DNA of 64,000 nucleotides from Myxococcota bacterium (GTDB lineage: Bacteria; Myxococcota_A; Bradymonadia; UBA7976; UBA1532): positions 192,001 through 256,000 of the forward strand of contig JAYZEG010000058.1 of assembly GCA_036337435.1 (NCBI GenBank), read 5' to 3'. The notes beneath the pieces are model-generated. The model had not been told where the DNA came from, ran no database searches, and saw only the letters and a list, made by a program, of their open reading frames with translations. The position numbers and the translations under genes were made by a program. Below, piece after piece: positions 29,957-39,440 of the stretch; position 1 is the first letter of the stretch, and each line of letters opens with the position of its first letter.

Positions 29957-29985
29957 TTGACACAAGGCCCGTCGATCATCAGTAT
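29957..29985 (+). promoter_or_regulatory. Putative promoter of metK-ahcY
   Basis: TTGACA (29957-62), a 17-nt spacer and CAGTAT. SD AGGAG precedes ATG 30014. Confidence 0.35.
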
Positions 29986-30013
29986 AAGCCACTTTTCCAG
30001 CAGGAGTTTTTAG

Positions 30014-31192
30014 ATGGCAAGTTACATCTTCACGTCCGAGTCAGTGTCTGAGGGTCACCCAGACAAGATCGCAGACCAAATTTCAGACGCGATATTAGAT
30101 GCACTCCTCGAGCAAGATCCGCGAAGTCGTGTGGCTTGTGAAACATTGATCAAAACCGGTTATGTCAATTTAGCTGGTGAAATCACGAGTAAGGCTGTCG
30201 TTAATTACGCCGACATTGTTCGTAAAACCATTCGAGAAATCGGTTATGACGATTCCAAAAAAGGTTTCGATGCTGATACGTGTGGGATTTTAGTAGCACT
30301 CGACGGGCAATCTGATGATATCGCGATGGGTGTCGATGTGGGCCGAGGTGATCACGCAGAGCAGGGTGCTGGTGACCAAGGACTGATGTTCGGATACGCA
30401 TGTAACGAGACAGCTGAGCTGATGCCCCTGCCGATCCTTCTCTCTCATAAACTGACAGCTCGACTGGCTGAAGTTCGGAAAAACGGAACGCTGCCGTACC
30501 TAAGGCCTGATGGAAAAAGCCAAGTGTCCGTTGAGTATGTCGATGGTAAACCGAAGCGCATCACCGCTGTCGTGATTTCGAGCCAGCACGATGAGACGTA
30601 CAAGGGTGAAGAACTCACCAACGAACTTTTGCGAGAAGGCATCAAGCGTGACGTAATCGATCCGGTCGTACCGATAGATATGATCGATTCGGACACGGTT
30701 TTTCACATCAATCCAACGGGTAAATTTGTCATCGGCGGTCCTCAAGGTGATTGTGGACTCACAGGACGAAAAATCATCGTTGATACCTACGGTGGTATGG
30801 GCCGTCATGGTGGTGGGGCGTTCAGTGGGAAAGACCCATCAAAAGTCGACCGCAGTGCAGCCTACATGTCTCGCTATATCGCAAAGAATATTGTCGCAGC
30901 AGGCCTAGCCGAACGCGCCGAGGTTCAACTTGCCTATGCAATCGGTGTTGCAGACCCTGTTTCTGTTTACGTAGACACGTTCGGAACAGAACAGATTGAC
31001 CCAACCCGGATCAGCGAATTGGTTCGGGAACACTTTCCCTTGAAACCTCAAGGGATCATTGAACATCTGCAATTGCTTCGTCCGATCTATCGAAAAACAG
31101 CGGCATACGGCCACTTTGGACGAGAAGAACCAGAATTTATTTGGGAGCGTACCGATAAAGCGGACGTATTAAGAAAGGCTGCAGGACTATGA
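30014..31192 (+). CDS. metK: S-adenosylmethionine synthetase
   Basis: [38 protein letters not shown] and [16 protein letters not shown]. Confidence 0.98.
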   Translation: MASYIFTSESVSEGHPDKIADQISDAILDALLEQDPRSRVACETLIKTGYVNLAGEITSKAVVNYADIVRKTIREIGYDDSKKGFDADTCGILVALDGQSDDIAMGVDVGRGDHAEQGAGDQGLMFGYACNETAELMPLPILLSHKLTARLAEVRKNGTLPYLRPDGKSQVSVEYVDGKPKRITAVVISSQHDETYKGEELTNELLREGIKRDVIDPVVPIDMIDSDTVFHINPTGKFVIGGPQGDCGLTGRKIIVDTYGGMGRHGGGAFSGKDPSKVDRSAAYMSRYIAKNIVAAGLAERAEVQLAYAIGVADPVSVYVDTFGTEQIDPTRISELVREHFPLKPQGIIEHLQLLRPIYRKTAAYGHFGREEPEFIWERTDKADVLRKAAGL

Positions 31193-31227
31193 GTACAACA
31201 CACTACGACCATAAGGAGAACGGCACA

Positions 31228-32751
31228 ATGTCTAACGCCATCGCAACAATCGAGGCACCTTTTATGTCGACGGGGCTTCCGCTGTTCAGTGGATACGATT
31301 ACAAAGTGGCGGATCTTTCTGAAGAGGCCATTCGTTTTGGCCGAAAAGAGATCGAGCTGGCCGAACATGAAATGCCAGGTTTGATGGCCTTGAGGGAAGA
31401 GTTCGCAGGAACAAAACCTCTGGCGGGAGCTCGGATCATGGGCTCGTTGCACATGACTATTCAGACGGCTGTCCTCATGGAAACACTGCAGGACCTTGGC
31501 GCAGAAATACGCTGGGTCTCATGTAATATTTTCTCAACCCAGGATCATGCGGCTGCTGCCGTGGTTGCTGGTCGAGATAACAACGGGATTCCTGTTTTCG
31601 CCTGGAAGGGTGAGACGCTCGAGGAATACTGGTGGTGTACGCTACAAGCACTCAACTGGGGTGATGATGTTGCACCCACTCTGATCGTAGATGACGGTGG
31701 CGATGCAACACTTTTGATTCACCTGGGATACGAGTACGAGGTGAAGGGAGAGCGTCCTGACCCATCGACAGCCAGCAATGAGGAAGAGGCCGTCGTTTTG
31801 CAAGTTCTCGCTGACGTGCAAGATGCAAAAGGAATGCGGTACTGGCATCAGTTTGCAGAATCGGTCCGAGGCGTCTCAGAAGAAACGACGACGGGTGTAC
31901 ACCGCCTCTATCAGCGCGTTGAAAATAACTCGTTGTTATTTCCGGCCATTAACGTCAATGACAGCGTAACGAAATCGAAATTCGACAACGTCTACGGGTG
32001 CCGACATTCATTGGTCGATGCAATCATGCGCGCCACCGACGTCATGATCAGCGGGAAGCGCGCCATTGTTTGCGGCTTTGGCGATGTGGGTAAGGGATCA
32101 GTAGATGCACTCCGAGGTCAGCAAGCCAAAGTGTCGGTGACTGAGATCGACCCCATTTGTGCTCTCCAAGCCTCCATGGCTGGCATCGACGTGATCACGT
32201 TAGAAAGCGCGCTCGCTGATTTCGATATTTTTGTGACCGCGACGGGTAATAAAGACATCATCACAGCAGACCACATGCTGAAGATGAAGCATAACGCAAT
32301 CGTTTGTAATATCGGTCATTTTGATAATGAAATCGATATGGCTGGACTCGAAGCAATGCTGGACACAGGTGACGTCCAGAAGATTGAGATCAAGCCGCAG
32401 GTGCACGAATGGCGGTTCAACAACACCACACATGGACCAAACGGCGGAGGTCACTCGATCATCATTCTGGCAGAAGGCCGGCTCGTTAATCTTGGATGTG
32501 CCACAGGCCACCCAAGTCTAGTGATGTCAGCATCTTTCACCAATCAAGTTTTGGCACAAATCGACCTTCAGGAAAATGCAGAGAAAATCGGCATGAAGGT
32601 CATCACGCTTCCAAAGCACTTAGACGAGAAAGTTGCTCGCCTGCATCTTGCAAAATATGGCGTTGAGCTCACCAAGCTCTCAAAAGACCAGGCATCGTAC
32701 ATTGGTGTTGAGCAAGAGGGACCTTACAAACCAGGCCATTACCGGTACTAG
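31228..32751 (+). CDS. ahcY: Adenosylhomocysteinase
   Basis: [36 protein letters not shown] and GHPS. SD AAGGAG precedes ATG 31228; 31189 is an alternative start. Confidence 0.98.
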   Translation: MSNAIATIEAPFMSTGLPLFSGYDYKVADLSEEAIRFGRKEIELAEHEMPGLMALREEFAGTKPLAGARIMGSLHMTIQTAVLMETLQDLGAEIRWVSCNIFSTQDHAAAAVVAGRDNNGIPVFAWKGETLEEYWWCTLQALNWGDDVAPTLIVDDGGDATLLIHLGYEYEVKGERPDPSTASNEEEAVVLQVLADVQDAKGMRYWHQFAESVRGVSEETTTGVHRLYQRVENNSLLFPAINVNDSVTKSKFDNVYGCRHSLVDAIMRATDVMISGKRAIVCGFGDVGKGSVDALRGQQAKVSVTEIDPICALQASMAGIDVITLESALADFDIFVTATGNKDIITADHMLKMKHNAIVCNIGHFDNEIDMAGLEAMLDTGDVQKIEIKPQVHEWRFNNTTHGPNGGGHSIIILAEGRLVNLGCATGHPSLVMSASFTNQVLAQIDLQENAEKIGMKVITLPKHLDEKVARLHLAKYGVELTKLSKDQASYIGVEQEGPYKPGHYRY

Positions 32752-32773
32752 GACGGAAGTAGCCCGAGACAAG

Positions 32774-32802
32774 AAAGGCTGGCGCGATGCCAGCCTTTTT
32801 TT
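32774..32802. terminator. Intrinsic terminator, probably bidirectional, between convergent ahcY and murA
   Basis: Stem AAAGGCTGGC, loop GCGAT, stem GCCAGCCTTT, followed by TTTT. Confidence 0.85.
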
Positions 32803-32826
32803 ATTCTGAATCAACAAACAGGCTCA

Positions 32827-34110
32827 TTAATCAACGGAGTGTCGACTGATGGCAGCTCCAATCTTTACCAATTTTTCTTCGATTCTTTGGTAGCCACGAT
32901 CGATTTGGTGGATGTTGTAGATCTCTGTCTTTCCAACAGAGCATAAGCCAGCGATAAGCAGAGCCATACCCGCCCGTACATCCGGACTCTCAACTCGTCC
33001 ACCGCGTAGAGTTTGGGGTCCAACAACCACAACTCGATGGGGGTCACATAGAATAATTTGAGCACCCAGATTTTGCAGGTGGTCTGTAAAGAACATTCGA
33101 CCCTCGAACATTTTCTCAAAGAAAAGAACTGTCCCCTTACATTGAGTTGCGACCGTGATCACAATGCTCATCAAATCTGTTGGAAACGCCGGCCAAATTG
33201 CGTCGTCAACTCGAGGCACATGTCCATGATAATCGGGCTTTATTTGGAGGGATTGGTCCTCAGGTACAAATAGAGTGTCTCCATTCAACTCGGTACGCAC
33301 GCCAAGCCTGTCAAAAACCATTCTAATCATTCTTAAATTGTCAGGCTGAACCCGGTTGATGGTCAGAGGACTTTTTGTGACAGCAGCAAGGCCAATGAAA
33401 CTCCCAATTTCAAGATAATCACTCTCGATTGTATGGTCGCAACCTCCGAGTTTATCGACGCCTTCAATAAATAAGGTATTGGACCCAATGCCGTCTATTT
33501 TTGCACCCATGGCGACCAACATTCGCGCAAGACCACAAACATGCGGCTCACAGGCTGCATTTCGAATGATGGTTGTTCCCTTTGCAAGAGCTGCCGCCAT
33601 GATGGCATTTTCTGTACCTGTCACGGACGCTTCATCCAAGAATATGTCAGACGCAACTAAACGTCCTGCCCGAATATCGTACGCTTTTTCAACATCAATA
33701 CTGGCCCCGAGTGCTTGAAACGCATGGAGGTGAGTATCAACACGTCGACGCCCGATTACATCTCCTCCTGGCGGAGGTAGAATGACATGACCCAAACGAG
33801 CAACCATGGGACCCGCAAACAGGATAGACGCTCTAATTCGGCTACACAGTGCTGCATCTAGCGCGGCACCTTTTACATTCGCCGTACAAATTTTCACATC
33901 ATTTTCGCCGAGCCACTCGACAGTAGCCCCCTGACGCTCCAAAACTTGGCACATAACACCTACATCGCGGATGCGGGGTACGTTCCTGAGGATGACAGGC
34001 TCTTCAGTCAGTAGACATGCTGCGAGAGTTGGTAAAGCTTCATTTTTGTTTCCACTCGGTGTAACCGAACCAGATAATCGTCTACGACCATCAATGACAA
34101 ATTTTTCCAC
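32827..34110 (-). CDS. murA: UDP-N-acetylglucosamine 1-carboxyvinyltransferase (Asp117 variant)
   Basis: SGNKNEALP, RASIL, PGGDVIGRR, SVTGTEN, FPTD, FEGR and IDRGY. Confidence 0.95.
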   Translation of the reverse strand: MEKFVIDGRRRLSGSVTPSGNKNEALPTLAACLLTEEPVILRNVPRIRDVGVMCQVLERQGATVEWLGENDVKICTANVKGAALDAALCSRIRASILFAGPMVARLGHVILPPPGGDVIGRRRVDTHLHAFQALGASIDVEKAYDIRAGRLVASDIFLDEASVTGTENAIMAAALAKGTTIIRNAACEPHVCGLARMLVAMGAKIDGIGSNTLFIEGVDKLGGCDHTIESDYLEIGSFIGLAAVTKSPLTINRVQPDNLRMIRMVFDRLGVRTELNGDTLFVPEDQSLQIKPDYHGHVPRVDDAIWPAFPTDLMSIVITVATQCKGTVLFFEKMFEGRMFFTDHLQNLGAQIILCDPHRVVVVGPQTLRGGRVESPDVRAGMALLIAGLCSVGKTEIYNIHQIDRGYQRIEEKLVKIGAAISRHSVD

Positions 34111-34113
34111 GCG

Positions 34114-35199
34114 CTATGTCTCCTGTATCGATAAACTGCCACATTTGATGGCAAATTGACGCTTATCACCATCAATTCGTAGATAAGCAGGGTCTGTCGT
34201 TGTGATAAAGACTTGTCCTTCGAAACGGTTCAAGAAATGAAATAACCGCTCATTTCTGTAGGCGTCTAATTCACTTGAAACATCATCTAGCAAAACGACA
34301 GGCACCTGGTCTTGACTCATCTTTAGCAATTGAATTTCTGCAATTTTAAGTGCCAGTACTAACGCCCTTTGTTGACCTTGGCTAGCATAGTTTCGTGCGG
34401 TGTGACCAGACAACGAGATAACAAAATCTTCTGAATGCGGCCCTTTTTGGGTAAATCCTCGATCTCGATCACGCTCTCGATCTTTAAGCCAGATCTGAGA
34501 AAGCTCATCTTCAAGGGAATCAGAGACAGAGACAGACCTTTTATATCGAATCGCTGTGTTTGCTCCATCACCGAGAATGGCTTCGACATTTTCAACGAAT
34601 AAAGAATTAACAGATTCGATGAACGCTGTTCTCGACCTAATAATTTGAGCACCAGTACGAGCTAACGTCAGTTCGTATGCATCTAATAGATCATCGGATG
34701 CATTGTCTCTCAGTAACTTATTTCGAGCGTCAAGAGCCCGTCTATAGGCAATACAATCATCAAAATGAGTTGGTTTTCCCGTAAAAATTGCCCGGTCAAG
34801 AAAACGGCGACGGCCGTCCGGTGCCCCCCTGACTAAACCAACATCATCCGGTGTAAATAAAACAACAGAAAGAGCCCCAAAGTATTGATTTGCTCGGGCT
34901 TTCTTACCTTCTCGATGAGCTAATCTTTGACCGTTTTTTATTTGTACACTGAGTCTGTGATCCAGGCCTAAATGACGAATTTTTGACTCAACTGATGATT
35001 CATTTTCGGACCATGATATCAGTTCTTTAATTCGATTTGTTCGAAATGGCCGAAGAGTCGCTAACCAATAGATGGACTCAATAAGGTTCGTTTTACCTTG
35101 CCCGTTTTGACCACTGATGATGTTGAAACGCGGATGTGGTTCAAAATCAATGTGACGAAGATTTCGAAAATTTCGCACATTTAGAGTTTTTATATCCAC
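34114..35199 (-). CDS. recF: DNA replication/repair protein RecF
   Basis: NFRN, GQNGQGKTN, RRRFLD, SQGQQR and LLDDVSSELD. It follows dnaN. Confidence 0.96.
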   Translation of the reverse strand: MDIKTLNVRNFRNLRHIDFEPHPRFNIISGQNGQGKTNLIESIYWLATLRPFRTNRIKELISWSENESSVESKIRHLGLDHRLSVQIKNGQRLAHREGKKARANQYFGALSVVLFTPDDVGLVRGAPDGRRRFLDRAIFTGKPTHFDDCIAYRRALDARNKLLRDNASDDLLDAYELTLARTGAQIIRSRTAFIESVNSLFVENVEAILGDGANTAIRYKRSVSVSDSLEDELSQIWLKDRERDRDRGFTQKGPHSEDFVISLSGHTARNYASQGQQRALVLALKIAEIQLLKMSQDQVPVVLLDDVSSELDAYRNERLFHFLNRFEGQVFITTTDPAYLRIDGDKRQFAIKCGSLSIQET

Positions 35200-35204
35200 C
35201 GAAA

Positions 35205-36317
35205 CTAGAGCCGCATCGGCATGACAACGAACAAATATTCATCATTCTGATGTTCTCTAAATAATCCAGGAGAGAGTGCTTCGTTGAGCGCCATCTCAAT
35301 TTTAGCAGCACCCAGGGTACTTAAAATTTCGATGACATACTTAGCATTGAACGCAATAATTAAATCACCACCGTTATAGTCGATCTCGATCTCTTCTCTG
35401 GCTTTACCAAACTCTGGATTATCACTTAACAGAGTCATTAAACCGTCGGTAAGTTCGATTCTTACACCGTGAGTTCGTTCGCTCGCCAACAGACCAATTC
35501 GTTTCAGTGATTCGAGAAATGGGACTCGATCAAGAACGATAACCCGTTCACTCGACTTGGGAATAACCTGCATATAGTCAGGAAAGGTCGCATCGATCAG
35601 ACGGACAAATAAAAAGCTGTTTGCAGACGCGATAACAATGTTGTTGTCGAGAAAGCCAAATGAAACTTCTTTTCCTGCTTCATCCAACATTCTCTTAAGT
35701 TCAAGAATCCCCTTGCGAGGTATAATGACACCATCATGTGGTGGGATTGATGCCTCTCTGTCAACGCTCCTCTCACCTTGGCTCAAACGATGGCCATCAG
35801 TCGAGACCATGCAGATACGGTTGCTGTCTAGACATCTGAAATAGACACCATTCAAATTAGGTCGAGATTCGTCAGTTGAGATAGATAACATCGAACGTTC
35901 TAGAAGTTCCCTGAGTGCGACTCCGTCGACCGGAAATAGTTTAACTCCGTGAGCATCAGGGAGTGCAGGGTAGGTCTCAGACGATGTACCTAATAAGACG
36001 AATTCTGCATTTTTGCACTTAAGTACAATTCGCGATTCATCTGTTACATCAATGTCAACTTCTTCTCCAGGCAGACTACGAATGACCTCATAAAGTCTTT
36101 TACCATCAACAGTCACACTGCCCTTATCCGCACTTCGACAGAGCAGATAACCGTCGTAGGTTACATCTAGGTCAGTCGCCGAAATTCGGAGTTTACCCTC
36201 ATCCATCACTTCTAACCTTACGTTAGATAAAACGGGTAGACTTGCTCGTCTGCTCAAGACCCCTTGGATGCGGCCGAGTGCTTTCCCAAAAAGATCTCGG
36301 TTGATTGCAAATTTCAT
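35205..36317 (-). CDS. dnaN: DNA polymerase III beta sliding clamp
   Basis: PVLSNV, ATDLD, STDGHRL, IIPRK, LIDATFPDY, FNAKY and VVMPMRL. Confidence 0.97.
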   Translation of the reverse strand: MKFAINRDLFGKALGRIQGVLSRRASLPVLSNVRLEVMDEGKLRISATDLDVTYDGYLLCRSADKGSVTVDGKRLYEVIRSLPGEEVDIDVTDESRIVLKCKNAEFVLLGTSSETYPALPDAHGVKLFPVDGVALRELLERSMLSISTDESRPNLNGVYFRCLDSNRICMVSTDGHRLSQGERSVDREASIPPHDGVIIPRKGILELKRMLDEAGKEVSFGFLDNNIVIASANSFLFVRLIDATFPDYMQVIPKSSERVIVLDRVPFLESLKRIGLLASERTHGVRIELTDGLMTLLSDNPEFGKAREEIEIDYNGGDLIIAFNAKYVIEILSTLGAAKIEMALNEALSPGLFREHQNDEYLFVVMPMRL

Positions 36318-36418
36318 TTAAAGCTCCTATCCAACAGCAACTAGACTAAGTTGACTTACATGCAGTCAGAGTGCTTTGCAACGAGTAAAATAGCTCGACA
36401 GATCTCGAGTAAATTCGG

Positions 36419-36590
36419 TTTTCCACATGTGCCTTATCTATGACTTATATAAATTTATATAATTAGAAGTTTTAGTATTAGTTTTAGGCTATGTTGAAAT
36501 TGTTTTTAACTTCCTAACATTTTGATTTTATTTAATAAATTATTTTTTGCGCATGTTGATAAATTAGGTTTTTAAAAAGATTTTTCCATA
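36419..36590. other. Putative chromosomal replication origin (oriC)
   Basis: AT-rich gap upstream of dnaN. It contains DnaA box TTTTCCACA (36419-27), palindrome TTATATAAATTTATATAA (36445-62), a trio-like run TAG AAG TTT TAG TAT TAG TTT TAG (36464-87), degenerate boxes at 36492, 36501, 36554 and 36582, and an IHF consensus (36515-27). Confidence 0.75.
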
Positions 36591-36719
36591 AGCGGACTCT
36601 TGACAGTTCGCCTTCAAGCAAACGTCACGGTTAGTAAACAGAGATATAAACAAGGGGCTGGTGATAATTTTTTTTTCGTCTTAATAGAAAATAAATCAAT
36701 GCAGAGCACTTTCACGAAT

Positions 36720-37736
36720 ATGTATCGCTTAGTTAGACGTCTCTTATTTCTTTTAAAACCCGAAAGTGCGCACCATTTTGCACTGGGAGCTCTTCACTTT
36801 GTTTGCGCTGTACCGGGAGTAAAGTGGGTTTTGAAGCAGCTCTATCATAGACAGAACCAAACTCCACAGACGCTTCTGGGTCACACCTTTCTCAACCCGA
36901 TTGGTATCGCGGCCGGTTTTGATAAGAATGGAGAGCACATCGATGTGTTGTCCTGCTTAGGATTTGGATTCATTGAAATCGGCTCAGCGACCGCTCGACC
37001 AGCAGTTGGAAATCCTCAACCTCGATTGTTCCGCCTCAAAACTGATCACGCTCTCATCAATCGTATGGGTTTGAATAATCAGGGTGCCAAGGCGATTTCT
37101 GACAGACTTTCGCGGGTCAATCGCTGCTGTCCACTTTTCGTAAATATTGCCAAAACGCATGACCCAACCATCGTTGATGATTTGGCCATCGATGATTATT
37201 GCGAAAGTGTGAAACTGCTGGTCGATGTGGCGGATGTGCTTGTCATTAATGTGAGCTGTCCGAATTCGGGTGATGGCCGCACATTTGAGGATCCGGATGC
37301 CCTGGGTCAGCTTTTGCCTGCAATCAGAAAAACAATTGGAGATAGATCTGTCCCATACCTAGTCAAGGTGTCACCCGACTTGTCCGAATCTCAGCTTCAA
37401 GCTGTTGTTAGACTTGCTATCGACAATGGGGCGGCTGGATTCACCGCAACGAATACGACAGTGAGTCGTGATCGTCTAAATGCATCGGCAGAAGAGTTAG
37501 CAGTTATTGGTGCCGGTGGTCTGAGTGGTCGCCCACTCCACTCTAGGGCACTCAAGACCGTTGAGAATATTCGGTCGATGACCGACCTTCCAATCATCGC
37601 TGTTGGCGGTATTTCTCGGGTTGAGCATGCTCAGGCATTTATTGATGCAGGCGCCTCTTTGGTACAACTATACAGCGGATTTATTTACGAAGGGCCTTCG
37701 CTCGTCAGACGCATTGCCCATCAACTTCGTCTTTAG
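36720..37736 (+). CDS. pyrD: Quinone-dependent dihydroorotate dehydrogenase (class 2)
   Basis: GIAAGFDKNG, GNPQPRLFRL, INRMGLNN, NVSCPN, KVSPD, TNTT and GGLSG. Start re-called at ATG 36720. Confidence 0.95.
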   Translation: MYRLVRRLLFLLKPESAHHFALGALHFVCAVPGVKWVLKQLYHRQNQTPQTLLGHTFLNPIGIAAGFDKNGEHIDVLSCLGFGFIEIGSATARPAVGNPQPRLFRLKTDHALINRMGLNNQGAKAISDRLSRVNRCCPLFVNIAKTHDPTIVDDLAIDDYCESVKLLVDVADVLVINVSCPNSGDGRTFEDPDALGQLLPAIRKTIGDRSVPYLVKVSPDLSESQLQAVVRLAIDNGAAGFTATNTTVSRDRLNASAEELAVIGAGGLSGRPLHSRALKTVENIRSMTDLPIIAVGGISRVEHAQAFIDAGASLVQLYSGFIYEGPSLVRRIAHQLRL

Positions 37737-37796
37737 TTTTCTAAATTTTAGAGCGCAAATTGGCTTAGAAATGAAACTGGGACTAAAATTTAGGCT

Positions 37797-39440
37797 ATGG
37801 ACAAGGCATCGAAAATAAAAAGACTTCGCTCTGCACTCGCGCAGGCTCGTGGTGTACTCGTACTCGGTCCTTTATTTTCAAAACAGATAGAGTGTCTTTG
37901 CATCGATGAATTCATCAGTGAGATGCCATCACGTATCAGTGATGGCTCGAGCTGGGATGGAATGGATCTCCACGATAGATTTCGTCTTGTCGCGACCGAT
38001 CTGGGAGAGGAGCGGTTAAGAAATGAATTAGCTGAATATTTTCCATCGGAGGAAATGTTAGTTGGCCAAGTTAAATCGTTTCAGAAGCAGCTACTGAGTC
38101 TCCCTTTTTCAACGGTGATCGACCTTGATAAGCACAATCTCACCAATGCCGTATTGCGGTCTACCAATCAGAGATTTCGGTATATTTGTTCCGACTCAGA
38201 TTTAGTCTCTCAATCTCAAAACCTACCTGGTGAGAAAGATGTCATCAAAGTTCGAGGTGACCTCTGGCTTGATGAGTCGTCAGTTACAATCGATGATGTT
38301 AAAAAACGTTTATTTCAGAATCCGGGCGTCACAAGATTCATCGAAAAAACCCTTCGAGATGGACCCGTTATCCTCTATGGATTCGATCCTAACGACCCAA
38401 TTTTGAGGTGGATAACCGAGACATTTTCGCCCTTGGCAGGGACATCTTTTCTGTGTACTCGTTTGTCCAATAAACTTTGGTCTCAATATTGGAAAACTCA
38501 GGGTTTTCAGGTCTTACATGCTGCGACCATTCCGGAACTTGAGTCAGCTGTCTCTGAACTGTGTGACTCGATACAGCCAAAAAGTGACTTGCCAGATATC
38601 CATTCAATGCTCGATGAGGTGGGGGATGTCGTCGCTCGACAATTGGCATCAGTAGACCTTTTGCAATGGGTTCGACGGCCTAAATCCGAACTGGATGAAT
38701 TGACATCATCTGAACTCAATTCGGTTGCTCGTAGTATTCAAATGATGGCGCTCCTCAACGAACACGGCTTACCGATACCTGCACGTCCGGCTGCATATGC
38801 AGCCGAGGTATCTATTGGTGCAGGCGACCTGCCTGCTGCACGGCAAGCCCTTGAATTGGCGGTTCATTCCATTTCGAATCAACAACGATTCGATCACATA
38901 GCCATGGCTGCAGTTGGGCGAACATTGATCAGACTTGGTGACACGCATCGTGCTCGTCTCTATCTCCAGAGTGCACTTCATGCAAATGAGACCGATCCCC
39001 GCGCTCAAGCAGATGATTTTGCTTGGTTGAGTCGATCCGTGCTCAAAAAAATAGACCTCCTCAGAGCAAGAGGCAGACGACGTGCTGTGATCGAATTGGT
39101 GGCGGGGTTCCTAAAAGACCAAGCACCCTACATTTATCTGACTCAAGAAGAGACCGATGATCCTGAGTTTTCGCGGTCGATTTATTACATCAATTTACGG
39201 CTTGGACGCCTGATGGCACTGGCCAGCGAAATGGCTGAACAATCAGCACGTGTTTACGAAGAACAGGCAGTTATTCTGTTAAAACGCGCTATCGAAATGG
39301 TTCCGGGAAAGCCCGACGGTTATAAGGCCATCAGACCTCTATTAACGGATCGGAAATATTCGACGGCTGATTCCAAGTTATGGATGGCGCTTGTTGCATC
39401 AGCTCCGCCTGCTGTCCAAAGGCGACTTGGTGGTCGTTAA
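37797..39440 (+). CDS. SIR2-like (degenerate) domain plus helical/TPR C-terminus
   Basis: Spacing of VLVLGPLFS, LLSLPFSTVIDLD, IKVRGDL and VILYGFDPNDP matches the SIR2_2 layout. C-terminal TPR-like helices. Confidence 0.6.
   Translation: MDKASKIKRLRSALAQARGVLVLGPLFSKQIECLCIDEFISEMPSRISDGSSWDGMDLHDRFRLVATDLGEERLRNELAEYFPSEEMLVGQVKSFQKQLLSLPFSTVIDLDKHNLTNAVLRSTNQRFRYICSDSDLVSQSQNLPGEKDVIKVRGDLWLDESSVTIDDVKKRLFQNPGVTRFIEKTLRDGPVILYGFDPNDPILRWITETFSPLAGTSFLCTRLSNKLWSQYWKTQGFQVLHAATIPELESAVSELCDSIQPKSDLPDIHSMLDEVGDVVARQLASVDLLQWVRRPKSELDELTSSELNSVARSIQMMALLNEHGLPIPARPAAYAAEVSIGAGDLPAARQALELAVHSISNQQRFDHIAMAAVGRTLIRLGDTHRARLYLQSALHANETDPRAQADDFAWLSRSVLKKIDLLRARGRRRAVIELVAGFLKDQAPYIYLTQEETDDPEFSRSIYYINLRLGRLMALASEMAEQSARVYEEQAVILLKRAIEMVPGKPDGYKAIRPLLTDRKYSTADSKLWMALVASAPPAVQRRLGGR

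Noticed and set aside
29766..30013. SAM or SAH riboswitch upstream of metK-ahcY
   Set aside because: No recognisable SAM-I/II or SAH core motifs. The candidate promoter leaves only a ~20-nt leader.
36318..36719. AT-rich gap as a horizontally acquired fragment
   Set aside because: It is short, non-coding and better explained by origin motifs next to dnaN.
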